Shown here in pieces: positions 13,570-27,131 of a DNA stretch of 64,000 nt. The position numbers and the translations under genes are program-made. Source of the stretch: Selaginella moellendorffii (taxonomy: Eukaryota > Plantae > Lycopodiophyta). Where the stretch lies: assembly GCF_000143415.4 (NCBI RefSeq), contig NW_003314361.1:427115-491114 (forward strand), written 5' to 3'. Each line of letters opens with the position of its first letter. Positions within the stretch are counted from its first letter, which is position 1. The notes under the pieces were generated by a model. It did not search any database. It was not told the DNA's origin and saw only the letters and a list, made by a program, of their open reading frames with translations.

Positions 13570-14640
13570 TTTGCAACAGCAAGGATTTCATGGTGGGGGA
13601 ATCAGAAATTCCTCTTTCACAACTTTATTATCACTACCTCCTCTAGGAACTAGCTCTTTTGATGGAGCAACAAGTACTCCAGAGGTACATTAAATATTAT
13701 TTGTGTTTATTTTTTGATTTCACAACTTGTTTTCCCAAAATGAACCAACTTTGAATGATGAACAAAAAGGAAAATGGTCTATTGATGAAAACATGGCTCT
13801 TCAGTATGCAAAGAGGATGGAAAAAGAGAAGGATTGAGAAGACGGTGGCCGTAAAAAATCGATGAAAGGACCAAAGAAGTGGCAACACATTTCCAACATC
13901 TTACGTTCATGGGAATTTTGTCACACACAAAAGCAATGTGAGTCACAATGGGATGAGCTTGCGAAAAAGTGGAGGCAGATTAGCGATTACAAGAACAACA
14001 TCCTATTGGGGAAACCATCTTACTTTAATGGTGAGTTTACTACAGGGATGAAGAAGGATGCAAAACTTCCTTGTGCATTCGATGAAGGCCTCTACAATGA
14101 GATGTCATTGTGAATGACACGGTCGAGAGCGAATGTTCTAGGTAACCACTGAGTTGATACATCTATGTGTTCTACAATTGGCAATGAGTCACCAGGCTAT
14201 GGTAAAGTCATTTAGATTTTTTGAATGATTTTTGTTTCTATTTTTTCTAGAGACAAATACAATTGCAAATCCAAATCAGATGTTATATTTGAGACACAAA
14301 ATCCTGGAGATGCTAACAAGGACATTCCAAAAGTAGCAGTTGGTAGGAAAAAAGTTCCAATTGCTACAGGGAAAAAATGCAAGTGCACTCCTTAGGGATC
14401 TGATAGTCTTCTCGAGCAAAGTGATGAGCAAAGGAAAGCAATGATGCATAACCTTTGAAATAGCAATATACAAATGATGGAAAAAATGGAGGCAATTGAT
14501 GATTGACGCCACCAAGCTTCAATTGCTACTGCAGATAGGAGACCTACAATGATGTTGCAAGGAACATACATGATGTGTGAGGAATTTCGATTGCTGCAGT
14601 AGGCTTTTGTGGAATCAACTATGACAAAGGAGAAGTAGAA
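13570..14640 (+). pseudogene. Harbinger ORF1, Myb/SANT-like (trihelix) DNA-binding protein, decayed
   Basis: WSIDENMALQYAKR...KKWQHISNILRSWEFCHTQKQCESQWDELAKKWRQISDY...KLPCAFDEGLYNEM, followed by a coiled-coil-like exon; contains stops. Confidence 0.8.
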
Positions 14641-14711
14641 TTGCAAACTTTGTATTTTAAAGTTACACTTATTTCGCACGGGGTTTTGGGGTTTTGCACG
14701 TCTTCGTGGCT

Positions 14712-15660
14712 ATGGCGTCCCTGTCTGGATCGGTGGCATCCAAGGCCGTGAAGCTTGCTAGAGCAGCAGCGCCGGTGGTGGCCAAGAAGGCCATGACAGG
14801 AACGACAAACAGAGACATGGATTCTGAAGTGTGAGAAGAGGAGCGACTTTAATCACTGGGAATTCCAGGTATTTTTAGATCCTTGGGCGATTGCATGCAG
14901 GCTGTGATGGGGATTCGCTTCAGCAGCATTGATAATCTGCTTGAGATTCACAACAAGGAAGCAAATCGCAGGTTTGTTTGTTTGATTTCATTCCCTTCTC
15001 GTCTAGCAAGCTAGCATCTGATTGTTCTATTTTTTTTTCTTTGTTGTCGTTAAGCTATTGGGACCTCAACTGGAATGAGCCTGGAGGGAAGGACACTTTT
15101 GATGTGTAAGGCAAACTTTGTTTACTCATTCGTGATTGCTAACCGATCAGCCATCGCTACAAATTTTCAGTCCCAGTGGAACAATTTTCCAGGTTGTGTG
15201 TAGTGATGGTGACAAGGTGGAACTTTCATTTCTGCAGCCTTACATTCCGGAAACAAAGATGCTTCCTCTTAACATCGACAAAAGGTGAGTGATTCTCTTT
15301 TCATTGTGTGCTAGTAGCTAGCTTTGCTGACTTAAAATGTAGATTTGTTCTTCTCCATGGCAACACTAGATTTTACAATTATGGAATCTATGAGAGGCTG
15401 GCTGGATGGCCAGACTTCAACCTTAATCAAACACGGGTGACTTTTAAACTCCGCAAGGACAGGTCTGGAAAAATATCCGAGCTTTCATCCTTCCTGATAC
15501 TTTGCTGGCTTATAGTTTCCAGTTCATGGCAATGGCCGATACAAAACAGTGGCTAATGCCATCGCTGGATGATCACTTGCAACAACACTGCACACAGCTA
15601 GCTTATCTTGAGGCTGTTTTGATTCATACTTCTCAAAATCCTGAGTTTCGAGGTCAAGTA
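14712..15660 (+). pseudogene. Captured, intron-containing N-terminal fragment of a rhamnogalacturonan lyase (polysaccharide lyase family 4) gene, with an unrelated 5' segment
   Basis: Exons give GIRFSSIDNLLEIHNKEANR|YWDLNWNEPGGKDTFDV|...KVELSF...LPLNIDK|RFVLLHGNTRFYNYGIYERLAGWPDFNLNQTRVTFKLRKD|FQFMAMADTKQWLMP...LAYLEAVL...NPEFRGQV. This matches the plant RG-lyase consensus (IDNLLE..NRGYWD, PLNIDKRF, FKLRKDKF.YMA.AD, LAYPEAVL..P..P...GEVDDKY). Confidence 0.88.
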
Positions 15661-16056
15661 TGCGATGAACGCTATGTTTTTGATGAATATAAATTTCCAG
15701 CGTGAATGTGAGAGGAAAGAGTTTCCTTGCAAAAGATGGCCTTCTAATCGTGATGCTTGCAGATATGCAACGATGTTGCAGAGCTACCAGTGGGCTGTGC
15801 GGTCACCATTGTCAACAACAAGGTATTGGCCTGTGTCATGCTCTAAGGCATTGTGGATCTCAGCTCAAGTTTCATTGTCTTTCTGATTCAACAGGGACTT
15901 CTTGCCTTATGTCAAGTGATCTGAAACATGACAAATGCTTTGTTCTTTTTGTGATGGATTGTGGTGCAAGTCTCATGCAACAGGATCTTAAAAGAGGATC
16001 AACATTGAAACGTTTAGTTTTTGTCACTCTTAAGTAAATAAAGTACAATAGTATTG

Positions 16057-17391
16057 TCACTCTAAGCTTTCTATAAACCTTTCCACTATGTCTCTTAATG
16101 GTATGCCATCTTTAGCTGAATGAAGAGACCTTTGTGGAAGGTAACTTGCATCATGGTTAAATTTGTTGGGGTCAAAATCTTCCATGAACCTATCATTTTG
16201 TGTGATCATTAAGTTACGTAGCATGCAACAAGCCATGATGTTATTCGCAAAGATGCCTGGATGACCTCTGAATCCTTTCCGAGCTAGCAATTTCCATTGC
16301 CTCTTTAAAATTCCAAAAGATCACTTGACAACAATCTTCGTAGAAGAATGAAGGAAGTTGTACTACTCTTTGCCATAAAACATGTTTGGATATGGGACCA
16401 AAATTAGTAAAGCACAATCATATCCTCCATCAACAATGATATACTATGGAATGTCCCCAAATTCTGTGTGGTACACTAGACCACATAAACACTTCTTCTC
16501 AATCCAAGCCTTCTTCAAACCATTAGAATTCCAAACTTGTCTATCTGGAACACTACTTGCTATCCCTGTTGTTATGTCAAGGAATGAAGTCTTATTGTCT
16601 ACCACAGTTTGAACTACCATCGAGTAGTACTTTTTTGCCCCAATATACCAATCCATTGCATCCTCTGATCTTGGGAGCTCAATTGCAATATGAGTGCAAT
16701 CCATTGCACCACAACAATTTGGAAATCCATGCAATCTCTAAAATCCAGCTATAACTTCTTTCATTCCCTCCTTATCCAGCCAATGGATCATTAGTCTTTC
16801 ATGCTCAAGCAATGCATACCTAAAACGGCGTAGACAAGTTTGGGCAGTGCATGAAGCCACTCCAAATGCATCACCAATTGTTCGCCACATATTCCCAGAT
16901 GCTAAACATTTCTAAGCAATAGATACTTACTTTGAAACAGGCAAGTGCTGCCCTGGTATTTCTGCCAAACCTGGAGGAGGCCTCCTAACCAATTTTGGAG
17001 CAAGCTCATCACAAAGAAAAGTGAATGTAGATATTGAAACCCGAAAAACTTCTTTGAATCTTTGTGGATCTATATGGAGAACCTCAAGCTTTGTTTGATA
17101 CCACTAGTGTAGACTTCTCAACTTGATGTAGTACACACCGATTGATAGCCATAGGAGCTCCTTTTTAGTGATCACTCTCTCAACAAATGAAGATGTCGCT
17201 GGACATGGCATAGAAAGCACTATAACAATCACTTCCTCCACCATTCGAATGAACAAGAGTTTTCTTGAAACCGAAACTAAAATCATATCCTCCTCCTTCA
17301 AAAAGAACAACTCTACCAAATTTAAGTTCTTCATCACAATCCCTATAGTATGGGAAATGATCGCCAAGGAAGAATTGCTGAGCTGTGGCAT
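16057..17391 (-). pseudogene. Harbinger/PIF transposase (HARBI1-like, DDE_Tnp_4), decayed
   Basis: RFKEVFRVSISTFTFLCDEL; GFPNCCGAMDCTHI; YSMVVQTVVD; GIASSVPDRQVW; ACCMLRNL. In-frame stops present. Confidence 0.92.
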
Positions 17392-19293
17392 ACTGTGCGC
17401 TCAATTTAGGGCAAACAAAATTAGTGCTCTAATCCTTTATGAAGTGGGAAAAAAACCTCTGATGTGTAACCCTACATGGCATATAAAAAAAGGGTTACAT
17501 GTAACCATTAAAAAAAAGGGGAGGGGAGGTTTTTTTGTAAGGACCAACATCGTTAAGATATATCCTATCAAGTGGGAGATCATGTGTGGTTATCTTCCTA
17601 GAACTTGAACATTAAGAGATCTTTGTCTCGGAAATTGTTACCAAGATATGTTGAACCCTATCAAGTGTTGAAACGAATTGGTGATATATCCTATTGGTTG
17701 GATCTTCCTGCAGAGATGTTTGATGTTCATAAAGTATTTCATGCTAATCTATTAGCTCTTTACACTAACTTGTTAAAGGGAGATTCGTTCACCACCAAAA
17801 GTTGTGGATGGTGAACTTGAATATGAAGTGGATGCTATTTTGGGTACATGTTAGCTTAAACGTGCCAAACATCAAGAGTATTTAGTTAAGTGGAAAGGTT
17901 ATCCAACTTATGAATCAACTTGGGAGCCTTTTAGTAATCTTACACATGCTCGTGAGCTTGTCACAGAGTATGAAAATTGTAATAAAGACTAGCTTTCTAA
18001 ACCATGTAATAAATTTTGCAAATCAATAAAGTAATATATTTCTATAAATCAAAGCTTTGTTTCTCTCGTTCATTAGTACTTAAGTCAATTTTGGCATGCT
18101 GACTTCAGCACTTGACTTCGGTCCAATCCATAACTATAGGGATAACTATTATAGACTGATCACAAGTCCCCACCTCTCTCTCGATGACTCATTTTTGAAA
18201 AAGGGTGTTGCCAATGTGATTTCGGGTATTGAAAGTTATCTGTCGGTTAGTCCTTATGGACATTCTTTCCATACTGCCACAATGGGAGGAGGTTGGTATT
18301 GCTAGATCCTTTATTAGTCTCCACCTAAGCTAGTTGAGAAATTGATCTTCACGTGTGCACTTGACAAAATGAGCATAAGGATAGAATTCCTAAGTGTTAT
18401 TAATCAAGTATACTTAACTTGGTTAGAAAAACTCAATCATTGACTTGCACTTACTAGTGTTGGGAACCCCCACGATATTGAGCTTGGTCCCTCAATATTC
18501 ACTAAATGATAGCTTACCGTGTCTGCCAAACACCCTCACTATCATGCCCTTTGTGTTAGTCTCATTTTGGTCCCAAATACTATTTATAGAAAGTGTTCAG
18601 ATTTGCTCATTTAGCATATCTACGAAATGTAGAGATTGATCTGAACACAATGTGTTATCCCATGTCCAAATTCACAATCTAAGGACATTTTATGTGTTGT
18701 AAGTTTTGAGCTTGTCCCAGATACTAATCTTGGTACTAGGGAGGCTTGGGGTGAAAACCCAAAACATGTTCCTCACAGGGGGGGTTCCAAATGTATAGTA
18801 GGGAATAGTGGGTAAGTTGGGCATGGTTGACTAACTTGAGGTATAGTCTAGCTCTTGCTTGCATGCTTGTCTTTGCTTTATGTTTGGCTTGGGCCTAAGT
18901 CCAAGTTCCATTCCATGCTAGCTGGTGGAGTACCCATATCCTCACGTTAGGCCACCAGTATGTTAAAATAGCGCCAGACTCCGTTTGGCTCTATTTGGCT
19001 TCGTTTTGCATGCTAGTCCTAACATTGGGATGCTAGTTGCTCTAGAACTGTTCCAAGTCGCTCCGGGCTCCTGTCCCTTCGCTCCTTGGGCTGTATGCTC
19101 GGGAGTTACTCTGTGGTCTGGTTTCATCACTCCTTGGCTCCATGCTTGGGAGTTTAACATTGTTCCTTTGTTCAGTGGCCCAAGGCCTTGAACCTCGGGT
19201 TCCGCACCACTATCCTTTGGACACGCAGCATATGACACATGGCATGTGTCACGTGGCATAAAGAGGGTTTAAGTTCCACTTTGTGGTGTTATC

Positions 19294-22200
19294 CTATGGT
19301 AAAGTAACAACTCTAGAAAAAGTTCACGGTATTCACACTATGTGAGAAATGCACCAACTTAAATGAGTTAGGGTAACCTCTTATCTAACGCGGATGCGCT
19401 ACTAACTCAAACACCTTCCAGCCATCGCTGAAAAGGAAATGACCAATAGAGTTAGCCACCCTTGCTGCTTTGGGTGTCACCCAACTTACAAAAGTGTGAT
19501 ATGCCCCTGCTTGCAAAGACATAGAGAGAGAAGCCAGAGGCCCCAACCCTTATGAGCAAAGAAACCAAACCCGTCAGTAAGGTTTAGATAGACTACTGTA
19601 AACAAGCAGTTAGAGTTGTTTACATGGTCACACCCTTTTAACGAAATAAGGAACATCAATAGAGAGGCGGGTGATATGACTAGTCGACAGTAGTTACCCC
19701 ATGACTAAAGATTTCACTATGCACATGAAGTGTCGAAGCCAGTTTGCCCAATACTAGCCCAAACTCAAAGATCAATAAATGGACAATATCAAAGTCACAA
19801 ACAATGATATCTTAGAGACTTAATTATTAGTGAATAAATTTTAGATTAGAACAAAAAAGTATTCCAAGTAAGTTATCATCTGATAAATTAGTATTATAGT
19901 ATAGGAACCACCAAGATCACTATCATTGGAAAACATAGGATTCACCATCTAGCAAAATTCAATAGCCAGCGTAGCATCAAGAAAACTTAATGATAAAATC
20001 TAACTACTGAAGATGGTAGACAGTATGCCAAACAACTTACTAAAGATAACTCAAAGAACACAAAGTATCATTGATTGACAAGCACAATACTCGCGAATGT
20101 ATTACCCAAAGGAAATAACATTCAAATCTATTAAAACTAACTCGAGTAACAATCAACAAAATAAAATGAATATGGTAAGACCAACAAACACTTGTTCATG
20201 CCAACTATCGCACTAGCCAATTTGAATAGATCCTAGTCAATAATACTAAGGAACTAGAGTTGTCTAAGCAAGTGCCAGCAACATTCTATCGATGTTTCAA
20301 ACCCAAAAGACCCATCCAGAGCAAACCACAAAGAACATGTGGTATCACGAAAAGCCAAAAACCATCAAAGAGAACAACTAACTATCGTGAGAGATTATCA
20401 ATCATCTCATCAATGCAGTGATGCATAATCATTGTTGAAATAATAATTTACCATCCCGAAGAATGACAAATCATTCTATATCAACAATAATCAAGCAAAA
20501 CCCTTTACAAGGATAATCAACTATCTTAGATGATAATCAATTATCACCAATGATTGATAAATGCAAAAGCCAACTTCAATATTGAAACTAACAAGTCAAA
20601 ATGCCTTCCTCAACAACTTCTAAAAAATGGAACAATGAGCATAAAACTCAAAGAAGAAATCTTGAAGAAATTTATAACTAAGTCTTGCCTAATAATGATC
20701 ATGAGTTTCGCATGAACTAATGTTAATGCTAAAGAAGAAATCATGGTACAACCCATAATATCCTCCTCAACACATCTATAAGGTAAACTTTATAATGCAA
20801 AGCTAATGAAGAGCATGTCAATCCAAAAGCTAAGCATAACGAAGCTATGCTCGACAAGTGATCACCAAATGATCCTCCATGAATCCATCTATAGCAAGAC
20901 GTAACTCACTTTATAACAAACACAAGAAGAATTATCAATGATCAATATATTCCCACTCAAACCCAATAAGGATTCAAACTTTTCAATATTGATCACTAAG
21001 ATTTCCGCTTGTAGAGTTAGCATAGTCCACGACTGAATCACTTTTCAAGGAAAAGCTAAAGCTCAACCTCTACTAAATAATCTCGTCTAAAACATAACTA
21101 ACTCAAACTTGCCACTCAGTTCATTTAAATGTCAACATAGTTGCTAACTAGCAAATGTGCGAATACTAATAACACAAAGTCATGGCTAAATCATCAACAA
21201 TATCTCTATCGAGAGTAATGAAACTCAATATTAATAATAAGGATAGACATCTCATCTCACATGAATCTCAACATCAATAATATCAATATCAAGGCATCAC
21301 GTCAATGCCATCAACACTATAACAAAGCTAGAAGAAAGCAAAAGGGAATCACCACTCAAAACTCTATAGCAACTAAGTTAACCAAGGTTGAAGATACTTT
21401 ACTCAGTATCCAAGACCAATTCTTCAGCAAAACTCAATTATAGATAACACTTCCTCAAGGAATGAATCACCACATCCAAGACTCCATGAAATCCAACACT
21501 ACAGACTAAACGTATTTAAATGATATCAACAGAAGTAGAGTCAACCTACCAACATAGAAAACCCATGAAAGTTTAATGACACGATCCTTCACAACACCAT
21601 CTAATAAAGTAAGCCCATCACTGCTAAATCTTCATCGAACGAAGCAAGTGTCAAACAATCCTTAACGAAATCTACAAGCAATCATTAGTTGTCAAGCAAC
21701 TAACAATCACTCTTCCAACTTGCCTTCACAAGACCCAAACACTAAACTCATGTCATCGGGTCATATACTTGTCCAACATGAATGTAATATCCCAGGTACA
21801 AGATAAAGGTTCATGGACATGCACGAACTAAATGACCACTCGAATCCAACTCAACCGCGAAAAGCTCACCGACACATTTAGCCAATAGCTCTGAACATGC
21901 TTTGAAGAGGTTAGCTAAGCATGATCAACACTCAACCGAAACTAAAGTGAAGACCATGAGATGAACTCATATTGGTACACAACCTCCTCATAAACAGAGC
22001 TATAGTACGGGTACTAATATCTCAAACTCAAACAAATAAGTTGAACATCACTATCTTCAGCCAAGGTGCAAAGCTACCAAGACCAAATCAAGATCAATGA
22101 GAGCTCACTACTCTCATAGAGTTTAACGAAATGCAAGGTGCAACTTGCCACTAAGCATAACGCTACAGAAGAAAAGCACAAGGGTCACCTTTCTAGAAAA

Positions 22201-25049
22201 GTGCAACGGCCACTTTTTTACACTAACTCTAGACTCTATCCAACTCAATTGCTTTAGCCCCAAAAGTCAGCATCCCTTTTGGGCCGCATCATATAAACTA
22301 TCTACTAGGATTTATGCCAACTGAAGTCAACTCCAACCCTTTCACTAGTTTGTATTGGCTTTACGAAAACGGAATGGTTTTCGGGTAAAGTGATCAACAG
22401 ATCATCCATTGGAAAAGTCTAAAAAAATTTGTGGAAAATTTTCTATCCTAGATAAAGAATAACTCTCAGTTTAGGAATGCAAACTTTCAAGACTTAACCA
22501 ACTTTCTCTTACTAACAACTTCACATAGGTTCACCTCAACACAAATTCTCATCACCCACAGTATATCTAAGCATCGACATCTTTTGCCCATTTTTCCAAT
22601 ATCTAACACCGACATCCGTAAAATGCAAAGTGAACATCCAAGGCTTGATCACGAAGACCACATCTTCGAATACCCACATTGCATTAACACTTTTCTTTAA
22701 CCACCTTCAAGATCTAATGTGAAGCCAAAACACTAACAAGAAAAATGACATGAAAAATCAAGCTCTAAAGAAAATTCTTCATCATTCGAACAACAATGCC
22801 ACTTCCACAAACACAAGTGCTAGCAATGTCAATGCCTCAACTACACACCTTCTCCATTTAACAATCTACTCTAAGTGCTAACGGATAAATCAACAAGTCA
22901 TAACAAGTGAGTGTTACAACCCTTTTTCTAACACCTTATGGGCAAACCCTTCAAAGAACAAGGAATCAACTTAAGCTTAGCATAATTGACCACCATCAAG
23001 AATCCAATTAAAGCTACTACAATGTTATTTCGTGCAAGTAGACTAGCTTCACCATCAACCACTTTGGGGTTGATCATCGTCTAACCAAGCAACTTCGTAA
23101 ACACATTACTCATTATCACATGGATATGATATAAAATCACAATGATTTAATCATCAATTGAGCAACACCACGAGCAATACGAATGTCATTACTTCAAAGG
23201 TTTATGTGAATATCAAGTGCCAACTCGACTTGATAAAATGCAATATAAATGCCACACTCCACCAATAAAAATTTACAACACCCAACACCACCAACTTTTG
23301 TTCACAACATAGACAAGTTCATGCCACTCTCTTTCTGAACAAACTCAATACTAATCCAACACCAAGCTACTCAAGGAGCAATAGCAAAGTTCCCGGGAAA
23401 AGAATTGAGCATTGTAACTCAAGTTTTCCAATAGCAAGCCTAGACAAAATGGTTTAGTGCTTCACCGCTATTCATCCCATGACTCACCACTTGTAAGACC
23501 ACCATAATCAACATGCATCAAAGTAGGAACTCTTGATTGTATAATGTGAACACGGGCAATGAGTCACACCTCATCGTGAATCATCTCTCTAAGGAAAGAA
23601 AATGATTTACGTGTTTGATCCTTTGTCCCTGATGACTCTCTTTTTGGTCTCATCTTTGACTAAACTTCAAGCTTGCTTTCGCACTGCCTTCAGTCCAATC
23701 CAAGAAAAGTTTATGAGAGAGCACGGCAATAACTACTTGAATCAATAGACTAATCCCTACAGTCTTGATTGATCCACTTGTAATCATGCCTAGGAAGGAT
23801 CCACTAGTGCCGTGCTAAACAGGTACGAACCAGCCTATTTGCCACTCATAGCAAATCCAAGGAGGTTTGCTTTCACCCATGGTACATGGAACAACTCATG
23901 GAACCATTGATAGGCTAACATTAATCCTGCCAACTCAAAGCATATCCTCGAGTTGCTAATGCGCCTCACTCACGAGCCCAAGTGCAAACTCGTGCAAACG
24001 GAACAACTCAATCCCTCTTATGAGCCCAAGAGCAAGCTCACATTATCATGGTACAAAAAGGTAACAAAAACTCCCAAGTATGGAGCCAAGGAGTGACAAA
24101 ACCGGACCACGAAGCAACTCTCGAGCATACAGCCCAAGGAGCGAAGGGACAGGAGCCCGGAGTGACTTGGAACAGTTCTAAAGCAACTAGCATCCCAATG
24201 TTAAAACCAACATGCAAAACAGAGCCAAATGAAGTCTAGTGCTATTTCGGCATACCAGTGGCCTAACGCAAGGACATGGGTACTCCATCAGCTAGCATGG
24301 AATGGAACTTGGGCTTAGACCTAAGCCGGATGTAGAACAAGGACAAGCATGCAAGCGGGAGCTAGATTATGCCTTAGGTTGGTCAGCCATGCCCGACCTA
24401 CCCACTATCCCTATTATACATTTGGAACCCCCCCCACAGGCCCCCCCCCCCGCCCCCGCCCCCCCCTTGAGGAACACATGCTTTGGGATTTCATCCCAAG
24501 CCTCCCTTAGTATCAGGAGTTAGTCTCTGGGACAAGTTCGAAACTTACTAAATATGGAATGGTGCTAGATTGCAAATTTGGACATGGGACGAATACCATT
24601 GTATTCAGGCTGATCTCTACATTCTGTAGATATGCCAAATGAGCAAATCTGGACACTTTCCATAAATAGCATTTGGGACTAAAATGAGACTAACACTAAG
24701 GTATGATAGCGAAGGTGTTTAGCAGACATGGTAAGCTATCATTTAGTGAATATTGAGGGACCAATCTCAATATTGCAGGGGTTCCCAACACTAACAAGTG
24801 CAAGTCAACAACATGAGTTTCTCGTCACCGTGCTAAGTATGCTTGACTAAATGACAATGTAAGATTTCCTTCCTTAGTGTCTTTCTGGTCTAAGTGCACA
24901 TGTGATGACTAGTTTCTCAACTAACTTAGGTGGAGACTGATAACGGGTCCAGCAATACCAATTTCCTACCATCATAGCAGTAAGGATAGAATATCCGAAA
25001 GGTTTAGCTGACAGGTAACTTTCGATACCTAAAGTCACATTTGCGACAC
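19294..25049 (-). mobile_element. Inverted family-A element (partial 5' LTR ~24060-25049 plus ~4.7 kb internal region lacking recognisable gag/pol)
   Basis: 19300-20780 is the reverse complement of 25050-26510. LTR-A terminus rc TGTCGCAAATGTGAC at ~25048. 23360-24070 repeats at 30510-31225. Confidence 0.7.
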
Positions 25050-27131
25050 TTATGGATGTGTTGAGAAGGATATTGGGGGTTGTCCCATGATTTCTTCTTT
25101 AGCATTGAAATTAGTTTAAGCAAAACTCATGATCATTGTTAAGCAAAACTTGGCTATAAACTTCTTCGAGCTTTTGGTTTTTTGAGTTTTCATGCTCATT
25201 GTCCCATTTGTAAAGAGTTGTTAGGGAAAGCATTTTAGCTCATTAACTTTGATGTTGAAATTCGTATTTGCATTTGGCAATCATTAATGATTATTGACTG
25301 TCATCTAGGATAGTTGATTATCTTTGTCAAAAGTTTTACTTGATTATTGTTGGTATAGAATGATTTGCCGTTCTTCGGGATGGTGGATTCCTTTTTTGAC
25401 AATGATTATGCATCTCTTTATTAATGAGATAATTGATGATCTTTCATGATGGTTAGTTGTTCTCTTTGATGGCTTTTGGCTGTTCACAATACCATATGTT
25501 TTTTATGGTTTGCTCTGGATTAGACTCTTGGGTTTGAGACATCAATAGGATGTTGTTGACACTTGCTTAAGCAACTTTGGTTCTTTAGTATTATTGACTG
25601 GAATCTATTCAAATTGGTTAGTGTGATAGTTGGCTTGAACGAGTGTTTGTTAGTCTTACCATATTCATTCTGTTCTATTGATTGTTGCTCAAGTTAGTTC
25701 TAATAGATTTGGATGTTATGTCCTTTGGATGATACAGTCGCAAGCATTTTGCTTGTCAGTCAATGATACTTTGTTATCTTTAGTAAGTTTTTTAGCATAT
25801 TATCTACCATCTTTGGTAGTTAAGTTTCATCATTGAGTTTCCTCGATGATATACTTACTATTGAATTTTGTTGGATAGTAATTTCTATGTTTACCAATTA
25901 TGATAATCTTGGTGGTTCCTATACTAAAATATTGGTTTATTAGATAATAACCTACTTGGAATACTTTTGTGTTCTCATCTAAGATTTATCACTGATAATT
26001 AAGTCTCTTCAATATCATTGTTTATGACTTTGATATTGTCCATTTATTGATCTTTGAGTTTGGGCCAGTATAGGCAGATTGGCTTCGGCATTTCGTGTGC
26101 ATGGTGAAATCTTTAGTTATGGGGTAGTTATTGTTGACTGGTCACATAACCTGCCTCAATGTCGATGTTCCTTATTCTGTAAAAAGGGTGTGACCATGTA
26201 AACAACTCTAACTACTTGTTTATAGTAGTTTATTTAAACTTTACCAACAGGTTTGGTTTCTTTGCTTATGAGGGTTGGGGCCTCTGGCTTCTCTCTCTAT
26301 ATCCCTGCAGGCAGAGGTGTATCACACTTTTGTAAGCTGGGTGACACCCAGAGTAGCAAGAGTGGCTAACTCCGTTGGTCATTTCCTTGTCAATGACGGA
26401 CGGAAGGTGTTTGAGTTGGTAGCACATTCGCGTTAGACAAAGAGGTTACCTTAACTCATTTAAGTTGGTGCATTTGTCACATAGTATGAATATTGTGAAC
26501 TTTTTTTGGAGTTATTTCCTTGGCGGTATTCTAGACAGAAGTATGCATTGATGAGGACGTCGATTTTCTTTAAGGGGGGGAGAGTGTCACAAATGTGACT
26601 TCGGGTATCGAAAGTTATCTGTTGGCCAATCCTTACGGACACTCTTTTTTGACTACCATAACGGTAGGAGGTTGGTATTGTTGGATCCTTTATCAATCTC
26701 TACCTAAGTTAGTTGAGAAACTGGTCTTCACGTGTGCACTTAACCAAATGAGCACAAGGACAGAATTCCTAAGTGCTATTAGTCAAGCATACTTGACTTG
26801 GTTAGAGAAACTCATTCATTGACTTGCACTTGCTAGTGTTGGGAACCCTTGCGATATTGAGTTTGATCCCTCAATATTTGCTAAATGATACCTTACCGTG
26901 TTTGCCAAACACCCTTGCTGGTCGGGCATGGCCAACCAACCTGAGGCATAATCTAGCTCCTACTTGCATGCCTATCCTTATTCTATATTCAACTTGGGTC
27001 TAAGCCCAAATTCCATTCCATGCTAGCTGGTGGAGTACCCATATCTTCATGTTAGGCCACCGGTATGCCAAAATAGTGACAGACTTCGTTTGGCTCCATT
27101 TTGCATGTTGGTCTTGGCATTGGGATGCTAA

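Larger units (their letters stand above)
12874..17540. mobile_element. PIF/Harbinger DNA transposon (decayed, right end apparently lost) with captured gene fragment
   Basis: Starts TAA|GGGCAGGGTTCC, matching Harbinger TAA target and GGGC terminus. Carries convergent Myb/SANT ORF1 and HARBI1-type transposase. Interrupts the gypsy integrase. No matching right TIR found. Confidence 0.85.
8340..18205 (+). mobile_element. Decayed Ty3/gypsy chromovirus gag-pol, interrupted by an LTR insertion and a Harbinger element; continues at 28600-28667 to its PPT and 3' LTR
   Basis: Gag zinc knuckle CFHCGELEYRFLEC (~8905), protease MIDIGATHNVIS (9160), RT ([21 protein letters not shown] ~10170), RNase H (KPFKVHCDAFGYAIG; KWPTHEKE), integrase HHCC and core (12200-12870), GPY-like region (17600), chromodomain EYEVDAIL...EYLVKWKGYPTYESTWEP (17810-17975). 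Many premature stops. Confidence 0.92.
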
